Part shown: in pieces, positions 38,921-48,356 of the stretch
How positions within the stretch are numbered: position 1 is the first letter of the stretch
Layout of the letters: each line of letters begins with the position of its first letter
Assembly: GCA_044433305.1 (NCBI GenBank)
Contig: JAWXTS010000003.1
Location: 417 to 64,416 of the forward strand
Reading direction: 5' to 3'
Source of the DNA: Rikenellaceae bacterium
GTDB taxonomy: Bacteria > Bacteroidota > Bacteroidia > Bacteroidales > Rikenellaceae
DNA: 64,000 nt
Position numbers and translations under genes: made by a program
Notes under the pieces: generated by a model
The model's database searches: none
The model's input: only the letters and a program-made list of their open reading frames with translations
Told to the model about the DNA's origin: nothing

Positions 38921-40415
38921 AAATTCCCTTTAGTATTTTTCTATATTCAACATATTTTATGATAGTCATAACCATTATCAGTACGCCATAATAAACCAGC
39001 ACATCTGCACCTGTGAAGCGAACATCAAAACTAGCCAAGGACCACTGGGCGGCACAAATTACTATTTTATTCTGAATATTTGAAGCAAAAGATATTAGCC
39101 ACGAGCACAATGGTTCAATAAAAGACAGCGGCAAGCACAGCCACAACAAAGTCGTAGAGACGATAGTAAACGAGAAAATAAGCAGAAGTGGCGTTATGAA
39201 AAGCCCTGCCACAGACAGAACCCCAAAGCTAAAACACAACAGTGGCAGAACCCCTATCTGAGCAGCTAAACCCACCATAAATAAAGACCAGAGATACCTC
39301 AGGGCCTTATTCTTGAACCTAACAACTTTGAGCAATCGAGGCAAGAAAAACAATATCGACAGCACCGCCATGAAAGACAGCTGAAAAGAAATGTCGTATA
39401 GCCACATCGGATTTACAACCAGCATAACTACGGCCGCAGCAGCAAGCACATTATATCTATCGACCTCGCGCGAGAAAGCCAAGGCCACCTGAAACAAAGA
39501 CAGCATGATGGTAGCCCTTACGATAGAAGCCGACATCCCCGCAACCATAGCAAAGCCCCACAGGCCTGCAATGACCAACAAACTCTTGTACACATGTCCA
39601 AAGGGCAAGATTGGCATCCACCAGAACAAAAGCATCAAAACAGCAAATACAAAACCTGCATGCAGACCCGACACTGCTAGAAGGTGTGCCGTGCCAGTGC
39701 GAGCATAGGCATCTTTGAGGGACGTGCTCATGCTAGCTTTAGAACCCAAGGTCATTGCCTTGGCCAAGCACAAGCCAGCAGAATCCACATCTAGCCTATC
39801 AATGGTCTCAAGAGCGCACCTATTCATTCTGGACGAAAGGCCAAACCACCAAGGCATATCATCACTTCGAGAGAGCAGGTTCCTATCTGAGCCAACAAAA
39901 ATATTATGGGTAAGCCCTCGCGCACTGATAAGCCTAATAAAGCTAGAACTTGTAGATTGCACAGGGTTGAGGTAGCTCCTTACCACTAGCCTCTCTCCAA
40001 CATTCACATTTATCGAGGTATCTACATATAGGTTCACCCTCTGATATTCTTTATGCCAGCTCTGAGGCAGGCTATCTAGTGCATAGCTATTAATCTGAGC
40101 CGTAGCTCTATTCCAACGCCCCGAAACAGAAACCATATCATCCACGCTAAGGTCTATATAGAGTCTTTGATTCAGAGGGATAGTACTCGCAGGGCGGTTA
40201 ATAATAGAGGCCACAGAACCTACAAGGACAATAGAAAATGTTGTATATATAGATTTCAGGAGAAAATCTTTTGTAAAAAATGCTATTACAGCTACAATAG
40301 CCAAGATAATGGAGGTAATAAGAAGCCCTAAATTCAAGAAGCCAGCAAATAAAATACCTAGAACAAATGCCAACAATATTCCTACAAAAGGACGCTTTCG
40401 ACTGGGCTTGAACAT
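38910..40415 (-). CDS. ComEC/Rec2-family membrane protein lacking the metallo-beta-lactamase domain
   Basis: 501 aa. N-terminal TMs plus an OB-like DUF4131 region, then the polytopic competence domain (TGTAHLLAVSGLH). No C-terminal HxHxDH domain. Confidence 0.8.
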   Translation of the reverse strand: MFKPSRKRPFVGILLAFVLGILFAGFLNLGLLITSIILAIVAVIAFFTKDFLLKSIYTTFSIVLVGSVASIINRPASTIPLNQRLYIDLSVDDMVSVSGRWNRATAQINSYALDSLPQSWHKEYQRVNLYVDTSINVNVGERLVVRSYLNPVQSTSSSFIRLISARGLTHNIFVGSDRNLLSRSDDMPWWFGLSSRMNRCALETIDRLDVDSAGLCLAKAMTLGSKASMSTSLKDAYARTGTAHLLAVSGLHAGFVFAVLMLLFWWMPILPFGHVYKSLLVIAGLWGFAMVAGMSASIVRATIMLSLFQVALAFSREVDRYNVLAAAAVVMLVVNPMWLYDISFQLSFMAVLSILFFLPRLLKVVRFKNKALRYLWSLFMVGLAAQIGVLPLLCFSFGVLSVAGLFITPLLLIFSFTIVSTTLLWLCLPLSFIEPLCSWLISFASNIQNKIVICAAQWSLASFDVRFTGADVLVYYGVLIMVMTIIKYVEYRKILKGIYDD

Positions 40416-40490
40416 AATCCACTAAAAAAACGGCATTGAACAAAAAGAGATAAGGTGGTATATTTCAGACGATTAATACCAATAAAAAAA

Positions 40491-40587
40491 GGGTAAGCTA
40501 CTTATATCGCACCGCTACAACCACCTACCCTTGCTACCTTCCGGTCCTGGGGGAGTTCAGCAGGAGCTGGTCGTATAAGACTTACCC
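40491..40587 (-). ncRNA. ffs: Signal recognition particle RNA (4.5S-type)
   Basis: Minus strand reads GGGTAAG ... CAGGACCGGAAGGTAGCAAGGGTAG ... CTTACCC, i.e. the conserved domain IV core (compare E. coli CAGGUCCGGAAGGAAGCAGC). The termini pair with each other. A TACATTTG box lies 6 nt upstream and a T7 run follows immediately downstream. Confidence 0.88.
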
Positions 40588-40592
40588 GAGTG

Positions 40593-40600
40593 CAAATGTA
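40593..40600 (-). promoter_or_regulatory. -7 promoter box (TACATTTG) for the SRP RNA
   Basis: TAnnTTTG match on the minus strand. The predicted start site coincides with the first G of the terminal helix. Confidence 0.65.
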
Positions 40601-40630
40601 ATCATTTTATTTTTTTTTGCAAAATATTTG

Positions 40631-40638
40631 TACCTTTG
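40631..40638 (+). promoter_or_regulatory. -7 promoter box (TACCTTTG) for tsaC
   Basis: TAnnTTTG match 25 nt upstream of the ATG at 40663. Confidence 0.5.
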
Positions 40639-40662
40639 GGACGTAATTGATAATATTTCGAT

Positions 40663-41268
40663 ATGCTTGTCAAGATATATAACCAGAACCCAAACGAGAA
40701 AACTATCGCCCAAGTGGTAGATGTTCTCAACAACGATGGAGTGATAATCTACCCCACCGATAGCGTCTATGCGTTTGGCTGCTCGATAAATAGCGCCAAG
40801 GCCCTAGAACGCATCAAGGTTCTTACGGGTAAAGACACCAAGGATATATCTATCATGTGTGCCGATTTAAGCTCAATATCTGATTATGCTCGCATAGAGA
40901 CACCAGTATTCAAATTACTAAAAAGAAACACCCCCGGACCTTTTACTTTTATACTCAACTCGTCGAACAAGGTGCCAGACAAGCTTCTTGCACGAAGAAA
41001 AGAGATAGGAGTAAGAATATCAAGCAACCCAGTTGCTATGGCCATAGTCGAGGCTCTGGGCAAACCCATGATAACGGCATCTGTGAAATCAGATGAGCAA
41101 GACATAGAATATATCACCGACCCCGAGCTTATACATGAGACATTTAGCAAGATTGTGAACATGGTTTTGGATGCAGGAATAGGCCTTGCCTCAGCAACAG
41201 CAATAGTGGACTGCCGCGAGGGAGAAGCTGTTATAATCCGCGAGGGAGCACAAGAATTAAAACTCTAA
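40663..41268 (+). CDS. tsaC: L-threonylcarbamoyladenylate synthase (YrdC/TsaC type)
   Basis: 201 aa. YrdC domain (IIYPTDSVYAFGC, LLKRNTPGPFTFIL). Confidence 0.85.
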   Translation: MLVKIYNQNPNEKTIAQVVDVLNNDGVIIYPTDSVYAFGCSINSAKALERIKVLTGKDTKDISIMCADLSSISDYARIETPVFKLLKRNTPGPFTFILNSSNKVPDKLLARRKEIGVRISSNPVAMAIVEALGKPMITASVKSDEQDIEYITDPELIHETFSKIVNMVLDAGIGLASATAIVDCREGEAVIIREGAQELKL

Positions 41269-41273
41269 CAACA

Positions 41274-41831
41274 ATGACAATAGAAGAACTAAGAAAATCG
41301 TTTTGGAACGATGCTGCAAAGAATGGACTGATACTAGGACTAACACTAACAGCAATATCTGCACTGGCCGTAGTATGCAGATTCGACATAGACAGGCCCT
41401 ACCTTGGCTCGGCCCTACAATATGGAGCTATGATATGTATGCTGGGCATGTTCTGCAAACAAAGGGGAATCAAGCACGACCCTAACGGATTTAATTACAG
41501 ACAAAATATGGGCTACATCTTTGCCATAATGCTATTCACAGGCATCATAGCAGGAGTTTCTATCTACATACTACAACAATTTGTATTCCCGGATACTTAC
41601 AAACAAATCATAGACCTTGCCATAGAGCGCGTGAAGGAGGACGGAGTGGAGATAGATCAGGCCGTTGTAAACCAAACCATGGCCATGGTAAAGAACCCAT
41701 TTATTATGGTATTCTCTAGTATCATTAGCATGATAATAAATGGTGCTTTTATCGGTATATTCACCTCTATATTTACTCGTCGCATGCCTCAACCAACACA
41801 AGAGCAAGACAACACTCAGGCAAGCATATAA
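41274..41831 (+). CDS. DUF4199-like membrane protein
   Basis: 185 aa, 4 predicted TM helices, W.DA.K.G N-terminal pattern common in Bacteroidetes DUF4199. Confidence 0.55.
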   Translation: MTIEELRKSFWNDAAKNGLILGLTLTAISALAVVCRFDIDRPYLGSALQYGAMICMLGMFCKQRGIKHDPNGFNYRQNMGYIFAIMLFTGIIAGVSIYILQQFVFPDTYKQIIDLAIERVKEDGVEIDQAVVNQTMAMVKNPFIMVFSSIISMIINGAFIGIFTSIFTRRMPQPTQEQDNTQASI

Positions 41832-41842
41832 TATAATCCAAA

Positions 41843-42796
41843 ATGAACCCTAACTTATCAATCATAGTACCTCTCTACAACGAGGAGGAGTCTCTGCCAG
41901 AGCTAATCTCTTGGATAGACAGAGTATGCCTTGCCAACTCACTGAGCAAGGAAGTAATCTTCATCGACGACGGCAGCACCGACGACTCGTGGGAGGTAGT
42001 GAGCAAGCTCAAAGCACAGTACGACTGTATTCGAGCTATCAAATTTAGACGCAACTATGGCAAGTCGGCAGCCCTATACTGTGGCTTTGATGCAGCACTA
42101 GGCGATGTTATAATAACCATGGATGCCGACCTTCAGGACTCACCAGATGAGATACCAGAGCTATACAGAATGATAGTCGAGGATGGCTTTGATTTGGTGT
42201 CGGGATGGAAAAAAGTACGCCACGACCCTATGGGCAAGACCCTGCCTAGTCGCTTTTTCAACATGACCGCGCGCGTGGTATCAAAGATAAAGCTACATGA
42301 CTTCAACTGCGGACTCAAAGCCTATCGCAAGAAGGTTATAAAAAGCATAGAGGTCTATGGAGAGATGCACCGCTATGTTCCAATCTTGGCCAAGTGGGCA
42401 GGATTCTCAAAGATAGGCGAGAAGGTTGTCGAGCACCACGCCCGCAAATATGGAGTTTCAAAATTTGGCTGGGAGCGCATGATTAAGGGGTACCTTGACC
42501 TTATCTCGGTAATGTTCATGTCGCGCTTTGGCAAAAGCCCTATGCACTTTTTTGGCAGCATAGGCTCCCTTATGTTCCTTGTAGGTGGAGGCACTACCGT
42601 ATGGATGATAATATCTAAAATCATTGCCCAGAGCAAAGGTCTTATGTTTAGACCTATCACCGAGCAACCACTATTCTATATCGCCATTTTGGCTATCATA
42701 CTTGGAGTACAGCTATTCCTAGCGGGTTTCTTGGGCGAGATGATTTTCCGCAACTCTTCAGATAGAAACAGATACCTAATAGACGAAAAATTATAA
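41843..42796 (+). CDS. Family 2 glycosyltransferase (polyprenol-phosphate sugar transferase type, GtrB/ArnC-like)
   Basis: 317 aa with IIVPLYNEEESL, DDGSTD and MDADLQD motifs plus two C-terminal TMs. Confidence 0.85.
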   Translation: MNPNLSIIVPLYNEEESLPELISWIDRVCLANSLSKEVIFIDDGSTDDSWEVVSKLKAQYDCIRAIKFRRNYGKSAALYCGFDAALGDVIITMDADLQDSPDEIPELYRMIVEDGFDLVSGWKKVRHDPMGKTLPSRFFNMTARVVSKIKLHDFNCGLKAYRKKVIKSIEVYGEMHRYVPILAKWAGFSKIGEKVVEHHARKYGVSKFGWERMIKGYLDLISVMFMSRFGKSPMHFFGSIGSLMFLVGGGTTVWMIISKIIAQSKGLMFRPITEQPLFYIAILAIILGVQLFLAGFLGEMIFRNSSDRNRYLIDEKL

Positions 42797-42800
42797 TACT

Positions 42801-43289
42801 ATGATACAACGAATTCAAACCATCTACCTACTTATTGTCTTGATTATGATGTCAATGACACTAACATGCAACCTAGCAACGTTCACCCTAGCCGACGCTG
42901 CTCAGAGCGGTATCCCTAGCGAAGTAACTTTCAAGGCCCTAGGAATCAGCGACGGAGAGCACACAACAAATATCAAAGCTACAATGTCTCTGGGCATACT
43001 TGCTTCGCTAACAGCAGCACTAGCTTTTATCTCTATTGTTTCTTTCAAGAAAAGACTTTTCCAAGTAAGACTATGTGCCATGCAAATGGTACTACTTGTG
43101 GGTGCCATAGGCTACACAATTTATTATCTTATCAACATGACTAAGATGATGGATAGCGTAGGAGATTATGCAACTCACATCTCTGTTGTTAACGGTGCTC
43201 CGCTAATAGCACTACTATTTGCGCGACTAGCCATGAAGGCCATCTTACGCGACGAATATCTAGTGCGTGGTGCCGACAGAATAAGATAA
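42801..43289 (+). CDS. DUF4293-like membrane protein
   Basis: 162 aa. MIQRIQTIYLL start, 4 TM helices. Conserved partner downstream of the GT2 gene in Bacteroidetes. Confidence 0.6.
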   Translation: MIQRIQTIYLLIVLIMMSMTLTCNLATFTLADAAQSGIPSEVTFKALGISDGEHTTNIKATMSLGILASLTAALAFISIVSFKKRLFQVRLCAMQMVLLVGAIGYTIYYLINMTKMMDSVGDYATHISVVNGAPLIALLFARLAMKAILRDEYLVRGADRIR

Positions 43290-43294
43290 TCTAT

Positions 43295-44314
43295 ATGAAG
43301 ACACTTTATAAAAGAGCCTTAATAGCAGGTGTCTGCTTAGGTGTCATTGGAGCTGTTGTGGTAATCAAGAACGATCCTTATGGCAAGGCCGTAAGTCAAG
43401 ACACCACAATAACCATAGCCTCTGGCAGCGACTTCAGCACCCTGAAGGACTCACTAAAAAGTAGCGGCGTTATAAACAACATGGCGACCTTTGAGCTTGT
43501 TGCACGACTGCGCTCGCTTGACCAAAGCGTGAAGGCAGGACACTACACCCTTAAACAAGGCGAGTCTTACATGAGCATAGTAAGAAAACTCAGAGCAGGT
43601 GAGCAGACCCCCGTGGACCTTACGTTCAATAATATACGCTCGCTAGAGCAGCTTGCAGGCGTCATATCTAAAAGCATAGAACCTGACTCTAGCTCTCTGG
43701 TAGCACTTATGAAAAGTGACTCAGTACAAAAGAGCTATGGTCTGGACCAAAGGACCATGATGGCCATGTTCATACCCGACACCTACGAGTTCTATTGGAC
43801 CACCTCGGCAGGCAAGTTCATGGAGCGCATGTACAAGCAGTATGACAACTTTTGGAATGAGAAGCGCACCGCCCAGCTCAAAGCTCTTGGACTAACACGT
43901 ATCGAGGCCATAACCCTTGCTTCTATCGTTTATGAGGAGAGTAAGATGGTTAAGGAGATGCCAACGATAGCTGGCGTGTATCTTAATAGGCTGCGTATAA
44001 AGATGCCTTTGCAGGCCGACCCAACAGTGAAGTTTGCCGTGGGCGACCCAACCCTAAAGCGCGTACTCTTTAAGCACCTAGAGGTCGACTCGCCATACAA
44101 CACGTACAAATACAATGGACTGCCTCCTGGACCTATCGCCATGCCATCTGTGGCAGCCATAGAAAGCGTTCTGAACCCTCAGAAACACAACTATCTCTAC
44201 TTCTGTGCCAAGGCCGACTTCTCTGGAGAACATGCTTTTGCCCGCACACTAAGCGAGCACAACCGCAATGCGGCGGCCTACTCTCGCGAGCTGAACAGAC
44301 GCAAGATAAGATAG
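43295..44314 (+). CDS. mltG: Endolytic murein transglycosylase MltG (YceG-like)
   Basis: 339 aa. N-terminal TM and YceG blocks (ASIVYEE, LQADPTV, SPYNTY). Confidence 0.9.
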   Translation: MKTLYKRALIAGVCLGVIGAVVVIKNDPYGKAVSQDTTITIASGSDFSTLKDSLKSSGVINNMATFELVARLRSLDQSVKAGHYTLKQGESYMSIVRKLRAGEQTPVDLTFNNIRSLEQLAGVISKSIEPDSSSLVALMKSDSVQKSYGLDQRTMMAMFIPDTYEFYWTTSAGKFMERMYKQYDNFWNEKRTAQLKALGLTRIEAITLASIVYEESKMVKEMPTIAGVYLNRLRIKMPLQADPTVKFAVGDPTLKRVLFKHLEVDSPYNTYKYNGLPPGPIAMPSVAAIESVLNPQKHNYLYFCAKADFSGEHAFARTLSEHNRNAAAYSRELNRRKIR

Positions 44315-44316
44315 AG

Positions 44317-45288
44317 CTAGCGCGCCACTACCATTGCACGCGCCTTATCAACAAAGAAGCCTCTAACATACTTATAATCGCTAGACACAATAGGCACAAG
44401 TTCTATTGTGTCTTTGATTTTATAACGGTCTCCATGCAGGGCAATCTTAACAAGTACTAGATGGTTTTTGCGCAAAATCAAAAGGTGAATCTTACCCTTT
44501 ACCACCATGACATCCATAAGACGAATCGGTTGCTGGGCGATAAACTCTAGAGGGTAGCTCCACTTACCGTCTCTCACAGAAGATATATAAATGCTCGATA
44601 GGTCTTGCTGCATAAAAGCGAAGAAAGAATAATAGCCTCGTCGTGTCACTCTCACAACCTCTAGCCTATCGAATGATATGGCGTTGTGCTTGATTTCTAT
44701 CTTGCGACTCAGAGGTTCCATCTGCGTATCATCCAACTCTAGAGCTGCAAAGGCATAGCTCGCCCCACTAGGCAACCCATCCTTGAATGTATGATGATAG
44801 TACACGGCCACATTATCACGCGAAAGCTCACAAACACAATCAGCCGTACAGTAATCCATACCCAAGGGACCGATATACTCCCAGTCGCCTGTACCCGTGG
44901 GGGAATAGTAGCAACCCTGCTGCGAGTCCTTAGCAAAACACACAAAACCATCGTGCACCTTAAAAATCTGCATGCCTTGCATCTTCTTACTCTCAGACCA
45001 GCTATCTGAACACTCACCACCATAGCTCAGCATCTCCACACGCGATAGCGAGTCCCTGTGTCGATAGAACATCAAATGGCAGCTGTCGGATATATTTTTG
45101 ACTATATTGGTGGTGCTGTCCCCCAGATCGACTATCACCTGAGAGTCTACCTTCATATCGCGAATGTTGACACTATACACCCTAGCGTAGTCTACATTAG
45201 AGCCAAAGGCTAACCCGCAAGCAAACAGCATGAACAATAAAAAAGTCCATTTAGAAAACAATGTATTTTCATAAAAGGACTTTTTCAT
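44317..45288 (-). CDS. Cys-rich hypothetical lipoprotein
   Basis: 323 aa. Signal peptide with lipobox LFAC (Cys24) and 7 more Cys between residues 70 and 153 (including CTADCVC). I recognise no domain. Confidence 0.5.
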   Translation of the reverse strand: MKKSFYENTLFSKWTFLLFMLFACGLAFGSNVDYARVYSVNIRDMKVDSQVIVDLGDSTTNIVKNISDSCHLMFYRHRDSLSRVEMLSYGGECSDSWSESKKMQGMQIFKVHDGFVCFAKDSQQGCYYSPTGTGDWEYIGPLGMDYCTADCVCELSRDNVAVYYHHTFKDGLPSGASYAFAALELDDTQMEPLSRKIEIKHNAISFDRLEVVRVTRRGYYSFFAFMQQDLSSIYISSVRDGKWSYPLEFIAQQPIRLMDVMVVKGKIHLLILRKNHLVLVKIALHGDRYKIKDTIELVPIVSSDYKYVRGFFVDKARAMVVAR

Positions 45289-45300
45289 TATAATTATTTT

Positions 45301-46422
45301 TTAGTTTTTAACATCTCGGAGCCGCTGAGTAAACACAGGCGGAATATCGCGCCCATTCCATTTTGCAACTATTGTGCCTTGATGCAACACTACTACGCCG
45401 AAATTGGCGCGCAACAACATCTTGCGAGTAACCCCATCGATAAAAACACTAGGCAAAGTAAACTCACCTAGCTCCATGGTAGAACTTGAAATATCCTCTG
45501 AGCTAACATAGTAGCTTTGGTAGCCATCGCCATCGGCCTGAGCCAATAATCGCTCAACATTTTGTATGGCCTCAGGGTTTGCCTGGGTGTATATAGGACC
45601 CATCACAAGCACCACTTTTGAGCCATCAAGCACATCATAACCTATATTTTCATCATCAAGATATAGCGAGAACTCGGCAATCTCAGGAAGATTATCTTGA
45701 ATAATCTTGGTGTCTACAAACTCATACTTCAAAGTATCGTACCACTCGGTATCTTCAAGAGAAAACTCCTCCAACTTATCGGTTTGTATATTGCGATAGA
45801 TGAGCGTTGTATGAACCTCGCCCTCAACCACCATGGCCTCAGGGATATTCACACCCACCTTAAAAGGCATGAAATCTATAATCGGCACATGCCTCAATGC
45901 ATAGGCACTAAGCGGCACCGCGGCCAAAAAACAGATAACCAGAAAAGTATAATCCAATCTTCTATCACGCACAACAACTCGCTTGGTGGACATGAAGAAC
46001 AAGAAAATAGACATAGGGAGTAGGAACAGATTCTTATAGAAGGTCTGCACGTTGGTCAGCTTAACGGCATCGCCAAAGCAGCCACAGTCGGGCACGGGAT
46101 TCCATATAGCAATGCACAGTGTGAGCACAGTAAAGAATGTCATCATCATCATAACAAGCCATGTCGAAAGCCTATAATGAACCTTGAACAGCAGAGCCAA
46201 GCCCAACCCAAACTCAAATACAGCAAGCAATATCGACCCCACCAGATACACCTGAAAAGGCATATTCACAGACACCGAGGCCGCATACTCACCAAGCTTG
46301 ATTGCACCTCCCATAGGATCCAAGGCCTTAACAAAGCCTGAAAACAAAAACACCACAGACAAGCAAAGCTTGCATACAAAGCTCAGCACATCCATTCCCG
46401 TTATGACACTACGCTTCCCCAT
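45301..46422 (-). CDS. MauE/DoxX-type membrane protein fused to a Cys-less thioredoxin-like C-terminal domain
   Basis: 373 aa. 4-5 TM N-half with NPVPDCGCFGD (the MauE-type CGCFG motif). Soluble C-half has TlpA-like topology but no CxxC. Confidence 0.6.
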   Translation of the reverse strand: MGKRSVITGMDVLSFVCKLCLSVVFLFSGFVKALDPMGGAIKLGEYAASVSVNMPFQVYLVGSILLAVFEFGLGLALLFKVHYRLSTWLVMMMMTFFTVLTLCIAIWNPVPDCGCFGDAVKLTNVQTFYKNLFLLPMSIFLFFMSTKRVVVRDRRLDYTFLVICFLAAVPLSAYALRHVPIIDFMPFKVGVNIPEAMVVEGEVHTTLIYRNIQTDKLEEFSLEDTEWYDTLKYEFVDTKIIQDNLPEIAEFSLYLDDENIGYDVLDGSKVVLVMGPIYTQANPEAIQNVERLLAQADGDGYQSYYVSSEDISSSTMELGEFTLPSVFIDGVTRKMLLRANFGVVVLHQGTIVAKWNGRDIPPVFTQRLRDVKN

Positions 46423-46431
46423 CGCCGTATA

Positions 46432-47103
46432 TTATAAGTATGGTTTAATTCTAGAGAATATGGTTTGCGCCGAGGCCATTTGATTGTCCTCATCCGAACA
46501 GTCTACAACCTTAATATAGTCGCCATACTTTTGTGCCGAGTCGAGGTAAACCTCACGAACACAGGCCTGCAAATCCAAAGATTTCTCATGTATGTCGTCT
46601 GCACCGTCAAGATAGCTGCGGTCATCACCACTGCGCTCACCAGTAAGCTTGCTACACGTAAAGGCAAAAGGAACATCAAGGAACAACGAAACATCGGGCT
46701 TAGGCAACTTGAAGTACTCATACTCAAGATTCAGTATCCACTCGCACAGCTCAGCACGCTTGGCTGCATCCTCAACCTTTGCACATTGGTAGCCTATATT
46801 AGAGAACACATAGCGGTCTACAAGCACATAGCATCCATCCTCCAACCACTTGTTTATCTGGGTCGAGGCATGGGCACGGTCCTCAGCATATAGCAAAGCC
46901 ACAAAGTAAGGGTCTACACTGGCCGCATCGCCAAACTCGCCCTTAAGAAAGCGCGCTATCATATCTCCAAAAACAGGAGCATCAAAGCGTGGAAAATGCA
47001 GGTACTCAACCTTATGCCCACTTTGGGCAAGGTATTCCTTAATCATCTTAACTTGTGTCGATTTGCCAGCCCCATCAAGGCCCTCAAGTACTAAAAATGG
47101 CAT
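46432..47103 (-). CDS. tmk: dTMP (thymidylate) kinase
   Basis: 223 aa. P-loop LEGLDGAGKST and DRY motif (VDRYVFS). Confidence 0.8.
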   Translation of the reverse strand: MPFLVLEGLDGAGKSTQVKMIKEYLAQSGHKVEYLHFPRFDAPVFGDMIARFLKGEFGDAASVDPYFVALLYAEDRAHASTQINKWLEDGCYVLVDRYVFSNIGYQCAKVEDAAKRAELCEWILNLEYEYFKLPKPDVSLFLDVPFAFTCSKLTGERSGDDRSYLDGADDIHEKSLDLQACVREVYLDSAQKYGDYIKVVDCSDEDNQMASAQTIFSRIKPYL

Positions 47104-47129
47104 ATATTTATATTGTAAAGGTTTGTAGT

Positions 47130-48347
47130 TTATCTAAGCATTGACGCTGCACGCTCGACAGCCTCATATAGTTTATCAACATCTTCGAGAGTGTTGTACA
47201 GTCCGAACGAAGCACGCACGGTACCCGTAACACCAAAGTGCTGCATAACAGGTTCGGCACAGTGGGTTCCAGTCCTTACGGCCACACCCAACTTATCGAT
47301 TATCATTCCCAAATCATAGGGATGAACACCATCAATATTAAAAGATACTATGCTGCAACGCTCCTTGCTCTGACCGTATATCCTAAGACCCTCGATCATC
47401 GATAGTCGCTCTAGGGCATAGTCACACAGGGCCTGCTCATGGCGAGCAACAGCATCTCTATCCAAAGCATTAACATAGTCTATGGCAGCACCTAAAGCTA
47501 TGGCACCTATATAATTTGAGGTTCCAGCCTCGAACTTAAGAGGTAGCTCGGCATAGGTTGTTTTCTCAAAACTTACAGTCGAGACCATATCTCCTCCACC
47601 CATAAATGGCGGCATATCCTCCAGCAGCGACTTCTTGCCATAGAGCACTCCAATTCCCGTTGGGCCATAGAGCTTATGTCCCGAGAAAGCATAAAAGTCA
47701 CAGTCCATATCAACAACGTTGACCTTTTGATGAACCACTCCCTGACAGCCATCAACCATAACAGGCACACCATGGTTATGGCAAAAGTCGATTATGCGTT
47801 TCAAATCAGGCATAGTGCCCAACACATTAGAAGCCTGAGTGATAGATAGAATACGTGTACGCTCATCTACCAACTCATCGAGCTTATCGTAGATAATCTC
47901 GCCATTGTCGTCAAAGGGCAACATACGTAGCTCGGCCCCCTTCATTTGACATATCATCTGCCACGGAACAAGGTTAGAATGGTGTTCCATCTCACTAACC
48001 ACAACATTATCGCCACGACCTATGAATCGCTCAGCAAAGCTATAAGCAACAGTATTAATGGCCGAAGTGGCTCCAGCAGTAAAGATAATCTCAGCGCAAG
48101 ACTCAGCCCCAATGAAACTTCTAACCTTCTCTCTGGCAGCCTCATATTCCTGTGTGGTGGCCTCGCTAAGATGGTGCACTCCACGGTGTATATTTGCGTT
48201 AAGGCTGTTATACAACTGCTCTATCTTGAGCAGCACGCTACTTGGCTTTTGGGCCGTAGCTCCACTATCAAGGTACACCAAATCATGGCCATGAACCTTG
48301 GTCGAGAGTATAGGAAAATCTGCTTTTATTTTCTTAGCATCAAACAT
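47130..48347 (-). CDS. sufS: Cysteine desulfurase, SufS type (group II)
   Basis: 405 aa. PLP-Lys block FSGHKLYGPTGIG and catalytic Cys loop RTGTHCAEP. Confidence 0.93.
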   Translation of the reverse strand: MFDAKKIKADFPILSTKVHGHDLVYLDSGATAQKPSSVLLKIEQLYNSLNANIHRGVHHLSEATTQEYEAAREKVRSFIGAESCAEIIFTAGATSAINTVAYSFAERFIGRGDNVVVSEMEHHSNLVPWQMICQMKGAELRMLPFDDNGEIIYDKLDELVDERTRILSITQASNVLGTMPDLKRIIDFCHNHGVPVMVDGCQGVVHQKVNVVDMDCDFYAFSGHKLYGPTGIGVLYGKKSLLEDMPPFMGGGDMVSTVSFEKTTYAELPLKFEAGTSNYIGAIALGAAIDYVNALDRDAVARHEQALCDYALERLSMIEGLRIYGQSKERCSIVSFNIDGVHPYDLGMIIDKLGVAVRTGTHCAEPVMQHFGVTGTVRASFGLYNTLEDVDKLYEAVERAASMLR

Positions 48348-48356
48348 AGTGGAAGG

